64,000 nucleotides of DNA from Tubulanus polymorphus (taxonomy: Eukaryota; Animalia; Nemertea), in NCBI RefSeq assembly GCF_964204645.1, contig NC_134026.1, positions 4,301,950 to 4,365,949 of the forward strand. Reading direction: 5' to 3'. The position numbers and the translations under genes were made by a program. The notes under the pieces are model-generated. The model made no database searches. It was not told where the DNA came from and was given only the letters and a program-made list of their open reading frames with translations. Shown here one piece after another: positions 1 to 12,584 of the stretch (position 1 is its first letter; every line of letters begins with the position of its first letter).

Positions 1-244
1 AATGATAAAATGTGACTCATTAGACCTTTCCTTACGCAGAGGGCACTTGTCCATCATCGGACAGGCACAGGAACTGGACGTTGAAAATACGGTTTCTTAC
101 GAGACCGTCAAGTGGCGTCACTTGACACATGATTAGCGGCGTAGAAGTGAACTAACTTGTCCGGATAATATTCGGTCTGCGGCATGCGAGTAAGTTAGGT
201 CGGGGTTTTACGGTTACGACAAATACAGATCTCAATCGCGCGAT

Positions 245-1924
245 ATGGCGGTCCACACGGCCGGCCAGCCTCTGGAGTGTTTAAGTGTGAGTATTAAACC
301 AATATTTACAACTTACGTGGCAAAATATTCAGTTCTTTTGTTGACAAGGATTATCATTGAGTTGATATCTAATTGACCAGTGCACTTTTGGAGTTAATAA
401 TCCCTTATGTAGCCTGAAATTAAGGAGTTTAGTTGCGGATTTTTAGTCCAAATATCTGCCACCAGGGTATTGTATCATCTGTCAAAGTAGCCTAATCGCT
501 ATTGTTTTCTACCTGCAGATTCCGATTGTGCTGAATAAAGAAGTAGATCGTGACGATCAGGGAAATTTAATTTACGAACCAGATGGTAAAGGTGGTAAAC
601 AAGTTCGCTATAGATGTGGATTCAAGATCGGAGGTGGAATCGACCAAGATTATACGAAAAGCCCGCATGGTTACAAGGATAATGTAAGTGCTCCGATTCT
701 AAACCTGCTCACCTGGTCAATATGGCAAGGTGATATTTGATATTCTTTAAAGAATTGCTGAGAAATGGACTTTTTGGAGTTCTCCTTTATTTAGATGTTA
801 TTTTATAGGCCCCTTTCTATATTACAACGCAGTGTTTTCAATAAGAGCCAGGTCCCAGACCCGTCTGTCGTTAGTTAAGGACCCGCCTGTTTTTTCAAAC
901 CAGCTTTTGTTTCAGGGACTGTGACATATTATGGGACCTTCCTGTTTTTCAAAGGGTCCTCGCTTGTTAATTTCTTAATTTATTGAAAACACTGCAAGAT
1001 GGTCACACTTACCTAGAAACCAGGAAAAAGTCGAGGAATTTTCTTTTCCTTATTCAGGGAATTTCATAAAAAAAGCTTTAAGTCAGGGAAATTTATTCAG
1101 ATTGCTAGATCACACATAAAATCAAGGTTTCCATCTAAGCCTTACGTATTTGACTGCGTTAATTAATTGAATTCTTAGCAGGTAGGCCTCAAGTCTGGGC
1201 GAACAGTTTGTGTCACGGAAAAAGCAAATCAGATAAAAGTGGCCACCTGTACTGATAAAATAGCGTAACTCCACACAAATATATATCTACAGCTAGGTCC
1301 TTCTTCAGAGGCAGATTTTATAGAGTATATCCTACTAGTATTGCATAATCATTATGAATGAAATTGAATTGATTATACTTCAGGGTGTATATGTAACTTA
1401 TGTCTATGAAAATGGTCCAGCTCATCATGCAGGATTACAAATGCATGACAAACTATTGCAGGTAAGAAACAAGTTTTGTTGTTGAAGCTTTCGTTGTCGG
1501 CATATCAATGACACAGAGCCACAGTTGGGAGAATAGTTAAGATAATAGTCTTGAATTACATTATTTTGTATCTACTCCTACTACTTCATATTGTAATTTA
1601 AATCGCAAATAAAACATAATAAGATTAGCTTATAAATGCATATGAAGTTTCAATCATTTTACTGAAAGTTTTTGAGGGACTGATATAGATTTTTTTCGGA
1701 ATTTTTCGTTAATACAGGTAAATGGTCACGATTTCACGATGGTGACTCATAAGAAAGCTGTCGAATACATCAAAAAGAAGCCAGTGCTCAATATGCTCGT
1801 GTATCGTAAAGGCGTACCACCGATGCAAGGATCTGCAGGCAACATGCAGCCGATGCAACAAGATCAATATCCGTACAATCCACAACAGCAATATTCACCT
1901 CAGGGATTCCAAAGACAGTACTAG
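245..1924 (+). CDS. TAX1BP3: Tax1-binding protein 3 (TIP-1), single-PDZ protein; 4 coding exons
   Basis: Exons 245-286 (MAVHTAGQPLECLS), 519-683 (IPIVLNKE...CGFKIGGGIDQDYTKSPHGYKDN), 1384-1461 (GVYVTYVYENGPAHHAGLQMHDKLLQ) and 1718-1924 (VNGHDFTMVTHKKAV...) join in phase 0 through GT-AG introns. GFKIGGGIDQD and QVNGHDFTMVTH are TIP-1 PDZ signatures. Confidence 0.95.
830..994. mobile_element. hAT-like MITE in TAX1BP3 intron 2
   Basis: Terminal inverted repeats CAGTGTTTTCAATAA ... TTATTGAAAACACTG; internal GGGAC/GTCCC sub-repeats; no clear 8-bp TSD. Confidence 0.7.
995..1249. mobile_element. Degenerate hAT-like MITE directly abutting the previous element
   Basis: Ends CAAGATGGTCAC ... GTGGCCACCTG (imperfect inverted repeat); repeated TCAGGGAA motifs inside. 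Confidence 0.5.
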
Positions 1925-3456
1925 AATTGTCGTGAACTTTTTCCATTAAAAGTTACAAGTTTTCAAATCTCTTTCCGAGCTTGAATGGTACAAGGGTTTT
2001 TGTTATCGCGGTAAAGACTGCATGTGCTAAATATATCGATTCATTTCACCTGGAAAGTGCATTCGATCAAAGGATTTCTCATTATTTGTCTATGCTATGT
2101 AAAAAGAGTTGTTTTAACAGGAACTATGAATGATAATACATGCAAGGCTAGACACTATTTTACAATTCGCAGTTCTCTCAAGTTAAGTCATACAAAACTG
2201 TCATGACCATAAATCGAAATGAATAAGGACAAAGTTCTGTGCGATCCATAATGAGCTTTCTCCTTTGATAGGTAATGGTATTAATCATTCGTTAGGATTG
2301 ACCGTCGTCGAACTGAGTATCTATAACTACCGAATTTTGTATTGTACGTATGTCATGCCGTACATTGAATTTATTCATTGTGATCATATATGATGTGATG
2401 CGTTGAATCTGAAAATGGCTTGTTTCGTTGGCTGTGTCATATTTTTGTAATTCATCATTTAGCATGATCCTAGTAAGAATGAATTCAGTAATTGATTTGT
2501 ATCGTTGAAACATTAGTTTAGTATTGTATTGTTACATTCAAAGTTTTAGTACCATTGCGTGATCCATATCTATTGCATATCGCATCAGCCGAAGTAGTGA
2601 AGTAAGATATAATAGTATTTATATAGAATGCTTAGAGCAAGGTTGGAAGGGGCTGCCAACACAATATACTTGCTTACATGATAAATTGATGGTTAGGTAT
2701 TATTGGGTTTGTGCTTGTAATGTATCATTTTTTATATCCATAAAAATTCTGTCACAAACTTTTAGCCCTTTATTGCTTAGTATTTAAAAGTTTTTTTCTT
2801 TAGTGTATTCCGACATTAGGTCTTTTGTCTCATGACTAAGATGGCTGCAGCGAAATATTCAAATGCGAATGTGATGCGAAATTTAATTTAAGAGATCTGT
2901 CCATTAACCGCAGTTTAGAAGTATTCTTTTGCTTACCCCGATTTTTCTACGTACATATCTCAATTACATTCGGAAACTAAAACATCAAAGGTGAAATTGC
3001 ATTTTTGTTGAAATTGTCATATCAGCTACTTGACTAGTATACTGTTTAACAGGTACTACAGGTCAGTGCAAAAATTCCAAAGTTTACCATTTTCAACTCT
3101 ATTCCAAAATTTGATTGTCATTTCTAGTTTCGAATTAATTTGTTAGTGTTTTCAAATTGTGATAAGTGACTTATTTATTAATATCAATTATTATTACTAT
3201 TATTAATTATACACTTCTTTATACTTAATGTAATAAAACTGTAAAATTATAACATTATATACTGCTGTTACTTTATCAGTTCATTAATGTTACCCCTGCA
3301 TATTTCGGTTAGAAGTTGTGATGGTAGAGAACTCAATTATCCTTTGCTAGAAAGCTGGCGTGGTAGTCCGTCTGTCGAGAACTCAACTGGATTAGAAACT
3401 CCTCTGCTTGAAACAAGTGCAATCCTGTTAGTTCATCTACAGTTGTGTGCACTACT

Positions 3457-3607
3457 CAGTAAACCTCGCTCAAAAATTGGGAGTGGCAAAATCAGTCTTG
3501 AGTGAAGGATAGGAAAACACAGATGTCAGAAAAATTATTTCGTTTCTGCCAGAGTACCCAGTCAAAGGTCCCGCGTTGGCCATGTCCAAGTAAGGCGAGG
3601 TTCACAG
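3457..3607. mobile_element. Tc1/pogo-like MITE between the TAX1BP3 and GALC 3' ends
   Basis: Imperfect inverted termini CAGTAAACCTCGC ... GCGAGGTTCACAG followed by TA. Confidence 0.5.
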
Positions 3608-3796
3608 TACTAAGTTTCCTTGGTCACCTATCAATGATTACTCGAAGACAAATTAAGTATTGACAACATGTTTATGGAAAGAATGGAATTTCAATATTTA
3701 TTTAAATGGAAAACGACAAAAATCTTTTAGAAACAGTTCATAAATTGTATACACCTGTACAAACATCAGCTAAAGACTTAACACAATTCATGGCAG

Positions 3797-6700
3797 TTAC
3801 GCAACCTCACGTTCGAAGTACAATTTTTCATCTTTAAACTGAACAGTTGATCGCGGTTCATTACTTTTGAAATGGAAATTATCGAAATATCCGACGCCGA
3901 AATCGATCATTCCAACAGCCATGAAACCCTTACTGCTAGTCGGTGAACTTATATTGTAATTAAACAGTCTTTTCTTATTCAGTTGTACATTAACGTTGGT
4001 AACTATTCCATGTTCTGAGGGGATTGTCTGTAATGAGAGAGAAAGCATGATCCTTCATCTGTTTTGTGGTGATGACAATGTTACAAAATGTACTTACATT
4101 TATGTCCATACTGACTGTATACCACACCCCGTAATCCAATTCTAATTTATCTTTTAAGTAAACAGTTGAATTCTTAACTAAAAAAAATATACGTATCTCA
4201 TATCAGATACTTTAATCAAGTGGTTCAAGAATGTCGATTCAGTAAACCCTGCCTTACTCAGACATAGGCAAAAGTTACTTCCCAACATATTTTCCTATCC
4301 TTGACTCGAACTTTGCATATCTTGGACCAAATTTGCCGGTCCCAGTTTGTCAGAGTTGGGCAAAGTTTACTGTTTACATTTTCAACTGATAGAGGACATG
4401 CTATGACCAAGAGTTTCTTACAGGTTGATCCTGTCAGTGAATACAACTTCGTCTTGTAATCTAGAAACAGGTATATTCCATCGGCGCGATGCACGTGACA
4501 ACCTCCCTTATTGATTCTAGCAGCGATGAACATTCCGGATGTTCCGTTTTCACCATCACTGGTTAGAATGTCAACTTGCATATATAAATCACTCCTGATA
4601 ATTCAAAGAAGACTCTTAGGGATATCTCGTTATCATTTCGTCATTGAGGCAATCAGACGATAGAAACCTACGTACCACGAATAATTACCGATAAGTGTAA
4701 TAGGATTGTTAACTTTACACCAGTTAATCGGCATCGCGGTCACTGTCTGCTTAACAACTTGATTGTGACTATCACCTGGCAGTTTAACAACTTCGAATAC
4801 TCCAGCTTGTTGTGCAAAATATTTAGGCTCGCTGATCGCTTCATAACCTATCAATACATACATTATAGTAATAAGTGTACAAGATTCTTCATCTATCAAC
4901 TATTGCACAGCAAGTTACGCAAGTCTTTAACACTCTGTTTCGTTAATTTTCTAGACATGAACTTATCTCTAATCCTAAGAAACTAAAGTATAACCTGTTT
5001 CAAAATTATCAGTGTATGACACTGGGAATGGCTTTTGGCGTGGTATTGGATAATATCCTTTGTTGCCGGTAGACAATGTCGTCAGTGTATAAACTTCGTT
5101 AACTGCCAAGTTGAGCTCGAATATTCCATTTATGACCTACAGTTGAAGGGATGAAACCAAACAGTTTTTTCACTATTATCACAACTGAGATCAAGTATTA
5201 ATATAGTTTTAGCTACTCACGGGAATAGTTTTCATCCTTTTGAAAAGAATTGTAGAATTCCCGATTGTGTCGAACTTGCTATACCAAACATATAACTTCG
5301 TAAAATATCTCTAGAAATTGATGAAAAATATTTCAGTTATTAATCAGCAAGTAACTCTTCCTTACACATTATGTTTATTAAATAATAGTTGAGCAGTAAT
5401 TATTCATTACTAACAAAAATTTTTATGGGTCAAACACTTACATACGTGCCTTTCAATCGAAAAAGTGCCTTTTCCGGTGCCACACTAAACTTGGGCATAG
5501 CATAAAAACAGTGTCCAAATGCTGGGTCCTAAAAGAGGGAAGAGAAGAAACATTGCTGCAAAAATTTGCAAGTGGTTAATATTTAGTTTTATATGTTACA
5601 ACGTACATACAATAGTACTGATAATTATAGTGAGGGCTTTTTGATCTGGACTAGTCAATGCAGTGTAGGTGCCATTATTTACCAGCCGACCAACACCAAA
5701 ATCATGTTTCAAATACCTCCAACCAATTTCAGTGAACTGAGTAATATGAGCTGCAAAAGACACAAATATATGTACGTTTATAGTGCATACTGCTAAATTC
5801 CATTCATAGATGAGATAATCCCAGTACTTGAGTACATGTATAAGAATAACTGTAAGGTTATTTGACCTGAAATCCATATTGGTGAACTAACATCGTAGTA
5901 ACCAGACCAAGGTGTATTTGCAGTCATGAGACCATTACGAGTATAAGGTAACGCATCATAGTAACTGGCAATAACACTCCATGATAATATTCTACAAACA
6001 GTGCAAGTGATAGAGAAGGTTTAATTGCATTCACATGATCATGTTTAGGGCTTTGATAGACCAGAAATATGATGGAGAATTCCAAAACATACCCAGTTAA
6101 ATGTCCATTTACATAGCTTTCAGTCAATATCTAAAACAGTATTGCAGCAATGAAATAAAAGTGAGATACAAAAACGAAAGCATGAAAATACCTCTAGTGA
6201 AATGAACTTACACGCGCCCAGCAAGCACCACCATGTAAATCATCATAGGCGCTGTACTCCTCGGATCCCCATAACTTTTTATCAGTTTTCAGCGCGTTAT
6301 CTGGTGAATGAGTTCCCGGATAATGTACGCTATCAATATCAAAATAAGTGTTTTACGCACCGGAATTCCTATAGTAAATAGACATTATCAATTGGACTCT
6401 CACCCAATCGCATCGATTGCCTTCGACAAGACTGGATCGTCGAGGACATCTGAAATGATTGGTTCCCACACTCCGTCAGCGGCAACAATACGCAACGTCT
6501 CGTAACCAGATTGATCAAGAGCCTCTCGCAACATCTGAATGAAGACATAAATACATGAGAATCGCATCTGCCACATTTGAACGTAGGTTTAAATTCAAAG
6601 GTAAAATTTTTACCTTGATGTATTCTGTATCAAAAGGTCTTTCATTCCATATCTGAAATAAACAAATTTCGATGTTCAAATCATTTGAAAGTCAGTAGAA

Positions 6701-7589
6701 AAAGTAATACACATAAATGTATGGAAGGAAGTCTATGAGTCTTACCCCAATATAGTCAATAGTTAGGTTATGATATTTCTGAGCTCCAGTGATCCAATTC
6801 ATAATATAAGTAACAAGATTTGTCCTATTCTTATATGGATTACCCTGACTACCTAACCACACAGGGAAAGCCCACGGCAATCCGTATAACCTGATGTTTG
6901 GGTTACGCTAAGATGAGAAATAAGACCATTAGAATTAACCTTTCTGCATGCATTATCAACCAAGACAAAAGTATTTTCTGCTTACAAATTTAGCTTCTTT
7001 CATCAACCACCATTCATAGCCTCGAAAGTAATTTTCGTCATCGCTTGTATGCATGTGAGATGCTTCAGTTCCATCTGAAAATATTTTGTAAATTGTCACA
7101 GAAAATACAAGATACATGAGTTGAAGCAAGTTATGTATAGCCCTTACCTGTACTTTGTGAATCGCCACCAATTTCTACCTTCAGTATATGCAAGGAGGCT
7201 CCAAAGTTTGGCTGCACAAAACGAAGAATATTTTACTTCTATTCCTCATTACCAGTATATACATGTATCTTTCCTATGAATAAATTACGTGTCGCTTACC
7301 TTAAATAAATAATCTAAGATGTGACTTCGATACGGTTCAGGGTAGTTTACTAACAATGGTGAAGTGGCCTACATCAGAATTGAAGGAAAAGAAGACATAA
7401 CTTATGGTATAATAATGATTATCAGAAGAAAAACAGGCATTTTACTCCTGGTATTACGGTACTTACTCCTGCACTTATCCCTCCAACTCCATCAAACTCT
7501 AAACCCAATCCAGGTGTATCATCAACATCATACACTCCAGCACTCATTACTGAACTGATGAGGATATTCATCAAAATCAAAAGCTTCAT
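3797..7589 (-). CDS. GALC: Galactocerebrosidase (GH59), multi-exon, with N-terminal signal peptide
   Basis: ATG at 7589 ([17 protein letters not shown]...[10 protein letters not shown]). Spliced exons give [49 protein letters not shown]...[28 protein letters not shown] (acid/base Glu), KKLWGSEE (nucleophile Glu), [14 protein letters not shown] and the C-terminal lectin domain ending FDNF...; stop at 3797-3799. Confidence 0.96.
4240..4372. mobile_element. Tc1/pogo-like MITE in a GALC intron
   Basis: CAGTAAACCCTGCCTTACTCAGACA ... TGTCAGAGTTGGGCAAAGTTTACTG, imperfect 25-bp TIRs related to the 3457-3607 element. Confidence 0.6.
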
Positions 7590-8269
7590 TTTCACTAAAT
7601 ACCTGTAGAGCAATAATCAATGACTCCTTTAGAAATTACAATTCATTTTGTGTTTAAATCACCTCAGACATCGGACGCATTTTTGCGCTGTCAGTACTGT
7701 CTATATGCATGCACACAAATGCACCATGCAATAGAACTTTTTTTTCATTTATGTGAATCATGCCACAGATGTAGACATGATCATGCGAGCATAGAGTCCA
7801 TGTGATTACAAAACATTTCATAATCGAGTGTGGCTGCTATTAATCAGTGCGCACTGTGTGTACTATAGAAGAAAGCATGTATTGTCAACCTGAATACACA
7901 CACAATACATTCGTCAAATACTAGATTGATTTATCCTGGGATTCTCCAGTACGTTCATACTGAAACCAGCAACTCGACAAACAGATGGCTACAGTCGATC
8001 AAAAAGCATGCACAAAATCAACAAATACAGGGTTTTAATTAGATATTTTGATATATGCATTATCGAGTTTTATTATTTTTAGTAATAATTTTTACATATT
8101 TTACATCAACCCAGCAGAACAAAATGAAGCAATCTATGTCGCTATAGAAATGATGATACTTCCTCAGTCCTCAATTACATATTGTAAATCCAGGTGAATA
8201 TTCTAAACAAATTAAATTACAGTTCGGAAGCCCATCCTTAATTGTAACAAGTACAAATGAATGATTATC

Positions 8270-11200
8270 TTATGATTGTTCATCCATGTCACACTCCATT
8301 AATAGTTTATCCATTTCTTCATTGTCCATGTCGTCCATTATGTTCGACGTGTCGGTCAAAATTTTCGATTCAGTTTTGTTCATTTTCTTGGTACTAGATG
8401 GCGTTTGAGAACCTCCTTTCACTATCCGTACGTTAGACGTCTGCGATACCGCTATAGAAATAAACAAATAGTTTACAATAGAGCACAAGTTTATCAAGAT
8501 TCTAGGACGTTTTATCATGCAGATTTATGATCAAATAAATCGAAATCTACGTACATTCGGGTTTGCGTTCTCCAGATTCGTATTTTTGACTTTCCTCGAA
8601 GAATTGATTTGGATGATTAACGGCGATTCCAGTATCATTGACCATGTGAGTAACCTCAAAATATCTTCCGCATGCTAGTTGATAATGGCCACCCTTGACG
8701 TATGCCATAACCTGCCGAAAAAAAAACAAATATTTTGAAACACCATTATATGCATTCAATTGTAAGGGATTCAGAATGTCCGAATTGTGGTGGACAGCTG
8801 AACCGAGAGTACTAAACTTCGCGACAAATTTAGTTAAAGTTCTCACGTCATCAATTCCATCCTTCGATATGCCTTTAGCTTGGAATCGTTGTCGCAGTAG
8901 TCCAGCATCGCTATGTTTGAATGGGCATCCTATGAAATAAGAGTAAGTCAATGAACTGTGATAGAGAAATCTACTAACTCAATTATTTTACAACTAAGAG
9001 GCAACTTATTACCGTGACTATCGCCTTGACCGGGAGTATTAGACATGATGATTTTCATACAGCTATACGGAGTATAGTCGGCACGTTTGCCTTCTTTACC
9101 ATAGTTATGGCGTATATTGTACGCATATTGTTTATCAAACTGAAAATGCAATAATTTCATTGAAGTTTTTTTTTTCAATCGTAATGGGAAAAGTTTCTAC
9201 AGCGTAGGAAATGAATAGGATTGAAGGCGATTTCAAGCCTGAAAGACTTACCTTATCGACATCCATGATCTTCGAGAATTCCGCTCGCCAGAATTTCAAA
9301 GCCTCGTCTAACGACATTCCGATAGCTTTCAGGAACAGACCGTACTGCATACGACCCCCGTGTTTCAGATGATGAGTCTGTCGTAAACCTTGATGCACCT
9401 GCTGCATGCATGGCGGAAATGACTTTTTAGATAGCTGAAGAGACAAAGAGAACATTCAATAAGATATTGGTATGGTAAATAAGTCGCACCATTTGTAATT
9501 GAGGTAGTGAAGCGATATTCTAAATACCTCATCGACCATAGCAGCAGTTACTTCACCAGTGTTAGATTTCTTATTCGTGTAATCTTGACCGAAATACCCT
9601 TTATTCAGTCCATTTAAAATTGGCACTAATCGGTTGTCCTCTTCTAGATTTGGCAATGCTCGCGCTGTCACCTGAGGAAGATGCAAAACTTATATCGTAT
9701 TTCACAGATGCTAAATGGATGCTGATTGAAAATCATTTCCATTGTCCTGTACAATAGGGACACATTTCCCATAATTTTCATCAGATCCTTGAAATATCAA
9801 TCTGTTTGCATACTACGTACTGATAAGGCGTGCGAAAGATTGGTTCGAAAAACACCGGCAATTAAAGACACAAGATCGCTGTGAGGTACGTAAGCGTATC
9901 CTTTTTCTAAGTAGATTTTTCGAGATCTGACGAGATCATGAGCTTCTGTAAAGGGAACCTATAAAGAAAAGAACATTTCCCGGTGAATAATTTGATAGAC
10001 AGCTTCTTTACAACATTTCTTCAGATCCACTCAAGTCGCATTGTGTCAAAAATTGATGATCAGAAGTGAAATTTTGTCTTAAACCGTTCAGTGCTGACTA
10101 ATTAATATCCTATAGTGCTGGAGATAATTTGAAAATTCTAAACAATTCCACCCTAGTGTGTTGAACAACGGGAATACCACTATAGTGCGTCTACACTGCA
10201 GCGCGGTGTATCGTTAGCTACTAGTATTTCACTATGTTTGACACGTGCTGCCATTTTTCAAGAGAGATAATAAATTACTAATTACATCAATACACCGCAG
10301 TGCGGTGTACTAGCAAAATCTATCACTGATTTATACACTGCACTGCGGTGTAGACGCACTGAAAGGGTTAAAATGTTGTCTGTACTATCTACTCTACGTA
10401 TACATACCTTGAAATAATCAATACCCTGTATTTTGGCAGGCGTAATATCGTACGAAGAGCTAACCAACAGAGGTTTCAATCGTTCGCGCTCAGCTTCTGG
10501 TATCTATTTCATAAGAGGTCATTAATCATTAATAATGGATTTTTTATTAATTTGCAGTAGATATCATTTTCGTTCTAGAAGTAATTATTACTTACAGGTG
10601 AATAATCCAAGTTGTTGCTGTCAAGAAATAACTTTATGTTATTCGAAGATTCTTCAGTGAATCTGTGACGAAATAAATCGACTTCCTGAGTAATGAACCA
10701 GCGTTTTAGATCTTCGCTAGAATGATACGTAAGAGATAATCGTTCAATATTTCAAGTAGAATTCTAAGTAACACCCTTTCCTGATTATGGTACTTACGAT
10801 TTACAATATGCCAGCCTTAGGATGAAATGCGAAATTTGGTCTTTCCTTATATCATTGAAGTCACATTGACCAGGCTTAAATTGGAATCAAAACATGTCAC
10901 TTACAAACAACAAAGTTGGAATCAGCCAATAGTCTCCATTTTCCGAAATTTAGACTCCAGGGGCCAGTTCCTCAAGTTAGTTAAAGTTAACTGGTGGAGA
11001 GCTGACATACTGACAATTAAAATTGCACTGATGGTATTTATCTGCCGGTTATCTTTAACCAACTTTTGAGCAACTGGCCCGAGGCATCTTAATATTTCGA
11101 GCTCAATACCATGGATTTTAAGGCCTGGATTGGAAACATCAATTCTTATTACACTACAATGATTGTTATGAACATCCCCAGGCCAATCATTATCCATCTA

Positions 11201-11632
11201 CACCAACCTTATTGAATGTTTTGATATTGCTTTTCTTTAGTTCTTCTCTTAGGGCATCTTTGTATTCTTTACTCGATTTCACAACCCGAATACCAATTGT
11301 TTCGACACTTTTAAGGGCTGTTAAAACGATAAAAGTGATAAGGCTTAAAAGTTAAATTTGAATTTGTTCCCTTTCAACAAGGAAACTGGTTTTCTTCGGA
11401 ATTTTCAGCCACATAAGACAGCGTAATCTGGTGTACTGATTGTACATAACAAGAAGGAAAGATAAAAAATCTAACCTTTAGCTCTTTCCGCAGCAAATTC
11501 TTCAAATTCCTGCAATGTTATATTATCAATTGGAGGCAAGGTATAGAGCTGCAACCCGAGGTGGTCTCTTTGTAGTGACTTGTTTAACGATTGGAATTTA
11601 TCATCCTTCTTCCGCCTTCTATTAAGCTCCAT
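8270..11632 (-). CDS. PRIM2: DNA primase large subunit (p58), multi-exon
   Basis: ATG at 11632 (MELNRRRKK...[26 protein letters not shown]). Also [23 protein letters not shown]...[51 protein letters not shown] and [11 protein letters not shown]...[10 protein letters not shown]. All four Fe-S cysteines are present. Confidence 0.97.
10184..10360. mobile_element. MITE (Harbinger-like termini) in a PRIM2 intron
   Basis: AGTGCGTCTACACTGCAGCGCGGTGTA ... TACACTGCACTGCGGTGTAGACGCACT inverted termini; internal copy of TACACCGCAGTGCGGTGTA. Confidence 0.7.
10961..11080. mobile_element. Harbinger/PIF-like MITE (GGGCCAGTT family) in a PRIM2 intron
   Basis: GGGCCAGTTCCTCAAGTTAGTTAAAGTTAAC ... GTTATCTTTAACCAACTTTTGAGCAACTGGCCC; flanks CAG and GAG. 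Confidence 0.75.
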
Positions 11633-12339
11633 TTTGCTGAGGAGTCGACTAGCATTCGCTCAGAAAACCTTCAAGCAAAATCAAGATATTAATATTACAA
11701 TAAATGATCGATGTATCGAGTTAGATTTTATCAGGCTATATTTTTCAAGATATTCACAGGGACCTGGCACAAAGATCTGTTGACACTTTCGTTTATCATA
11801 ATGATTAAGCAGGACAGGTTTACTAACAGACTACTAGTTAATTATGTTAATTACATAATGTTATGTTAATTACATGATTTTAGACTGAAGAAATATTTCT
11901 CATATGTTTTAAATAAACATTTTATCATCTAATTCATTTATATTGTGGGATTTTACTCCTATTTTAATTACACAGTTAAATGAGTTTTTTTTGTAAGGTC
12001 TGAAGGATAAAAAAGGACAGGGCAAGGGTCAAAATATTCGCATGCAGTCTCTTTTTGGTGAAAATAATTGGTATTATCTCAATATACTACCAACAACAAT
12101 TAATCTTACTAAATCGAATTGAATAGTAACCGAGGGGAAATATAATTCCATTGAAATTTAACTTGATTTCTTAAAATAGAACAATTTCGACCAATCTAAA
12201 TAAATAAACGGTCCTTTAACTGAAACATATCGCGTCTAAGACAATTAATAGTTTAGATTACAATGCATTGAAATATATTTGGTTCGATTTCATGTAACAA
12301 TTATCCGAAAAACTAACTTTATCAATTTATTTAGCTTCG

Positions 12340-12584
12340 AAATTGGCGGACACTCACTTGCCAAACACTTCCGTAGTCTGATTGAATTGTATTGGTTTTT
12401 ATTGCACCATTGTTTTTGTCATCTCGTCTATGTTCATCTCGTATTATGCAATCCATAACAATCTGTGAGAATCTTTATTACGGCAACTAGCTGATTGAAT
12501 TAATTGTGGGTTTGAGGCTCTTGGATTAATTTTGTTGGGATTCGAACCCACACATACTGCTTCACAGGTTGCGGCGATGTCAAT
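12340..12584. promoter_or_regulatory. Putative bidirectional promoter region for PRIM2 and PRXL2C
   Basis: Head-to-head genes with ATGs 953 bp apart. Minus-strand donor (CAA|GTGAGT at 12357) suggests a PRIM2 5'UTR exon. TTGGCGG (E2F-like, 12343) and ACTTCCG (ETS-like, 12367) motifs are present. Confidence 0.5.

Noticed and set aside
10054-10098. TGATGA...CTGA, a C/D snoRNA-like box pair in a PRIM2 intron
   Set aside because: Only about 45 nt long, antisense to the host gene and without a terminal stem.
12533-12560. GTGGGTTCGAATCCCAAC on the minus strand, resembling a tRNA T-arm / B-box
   Set aside because: No acceptor stem, D-arm or anticodon arm can be built around it, and it adjoins the PRXL2C upstream acceptor.
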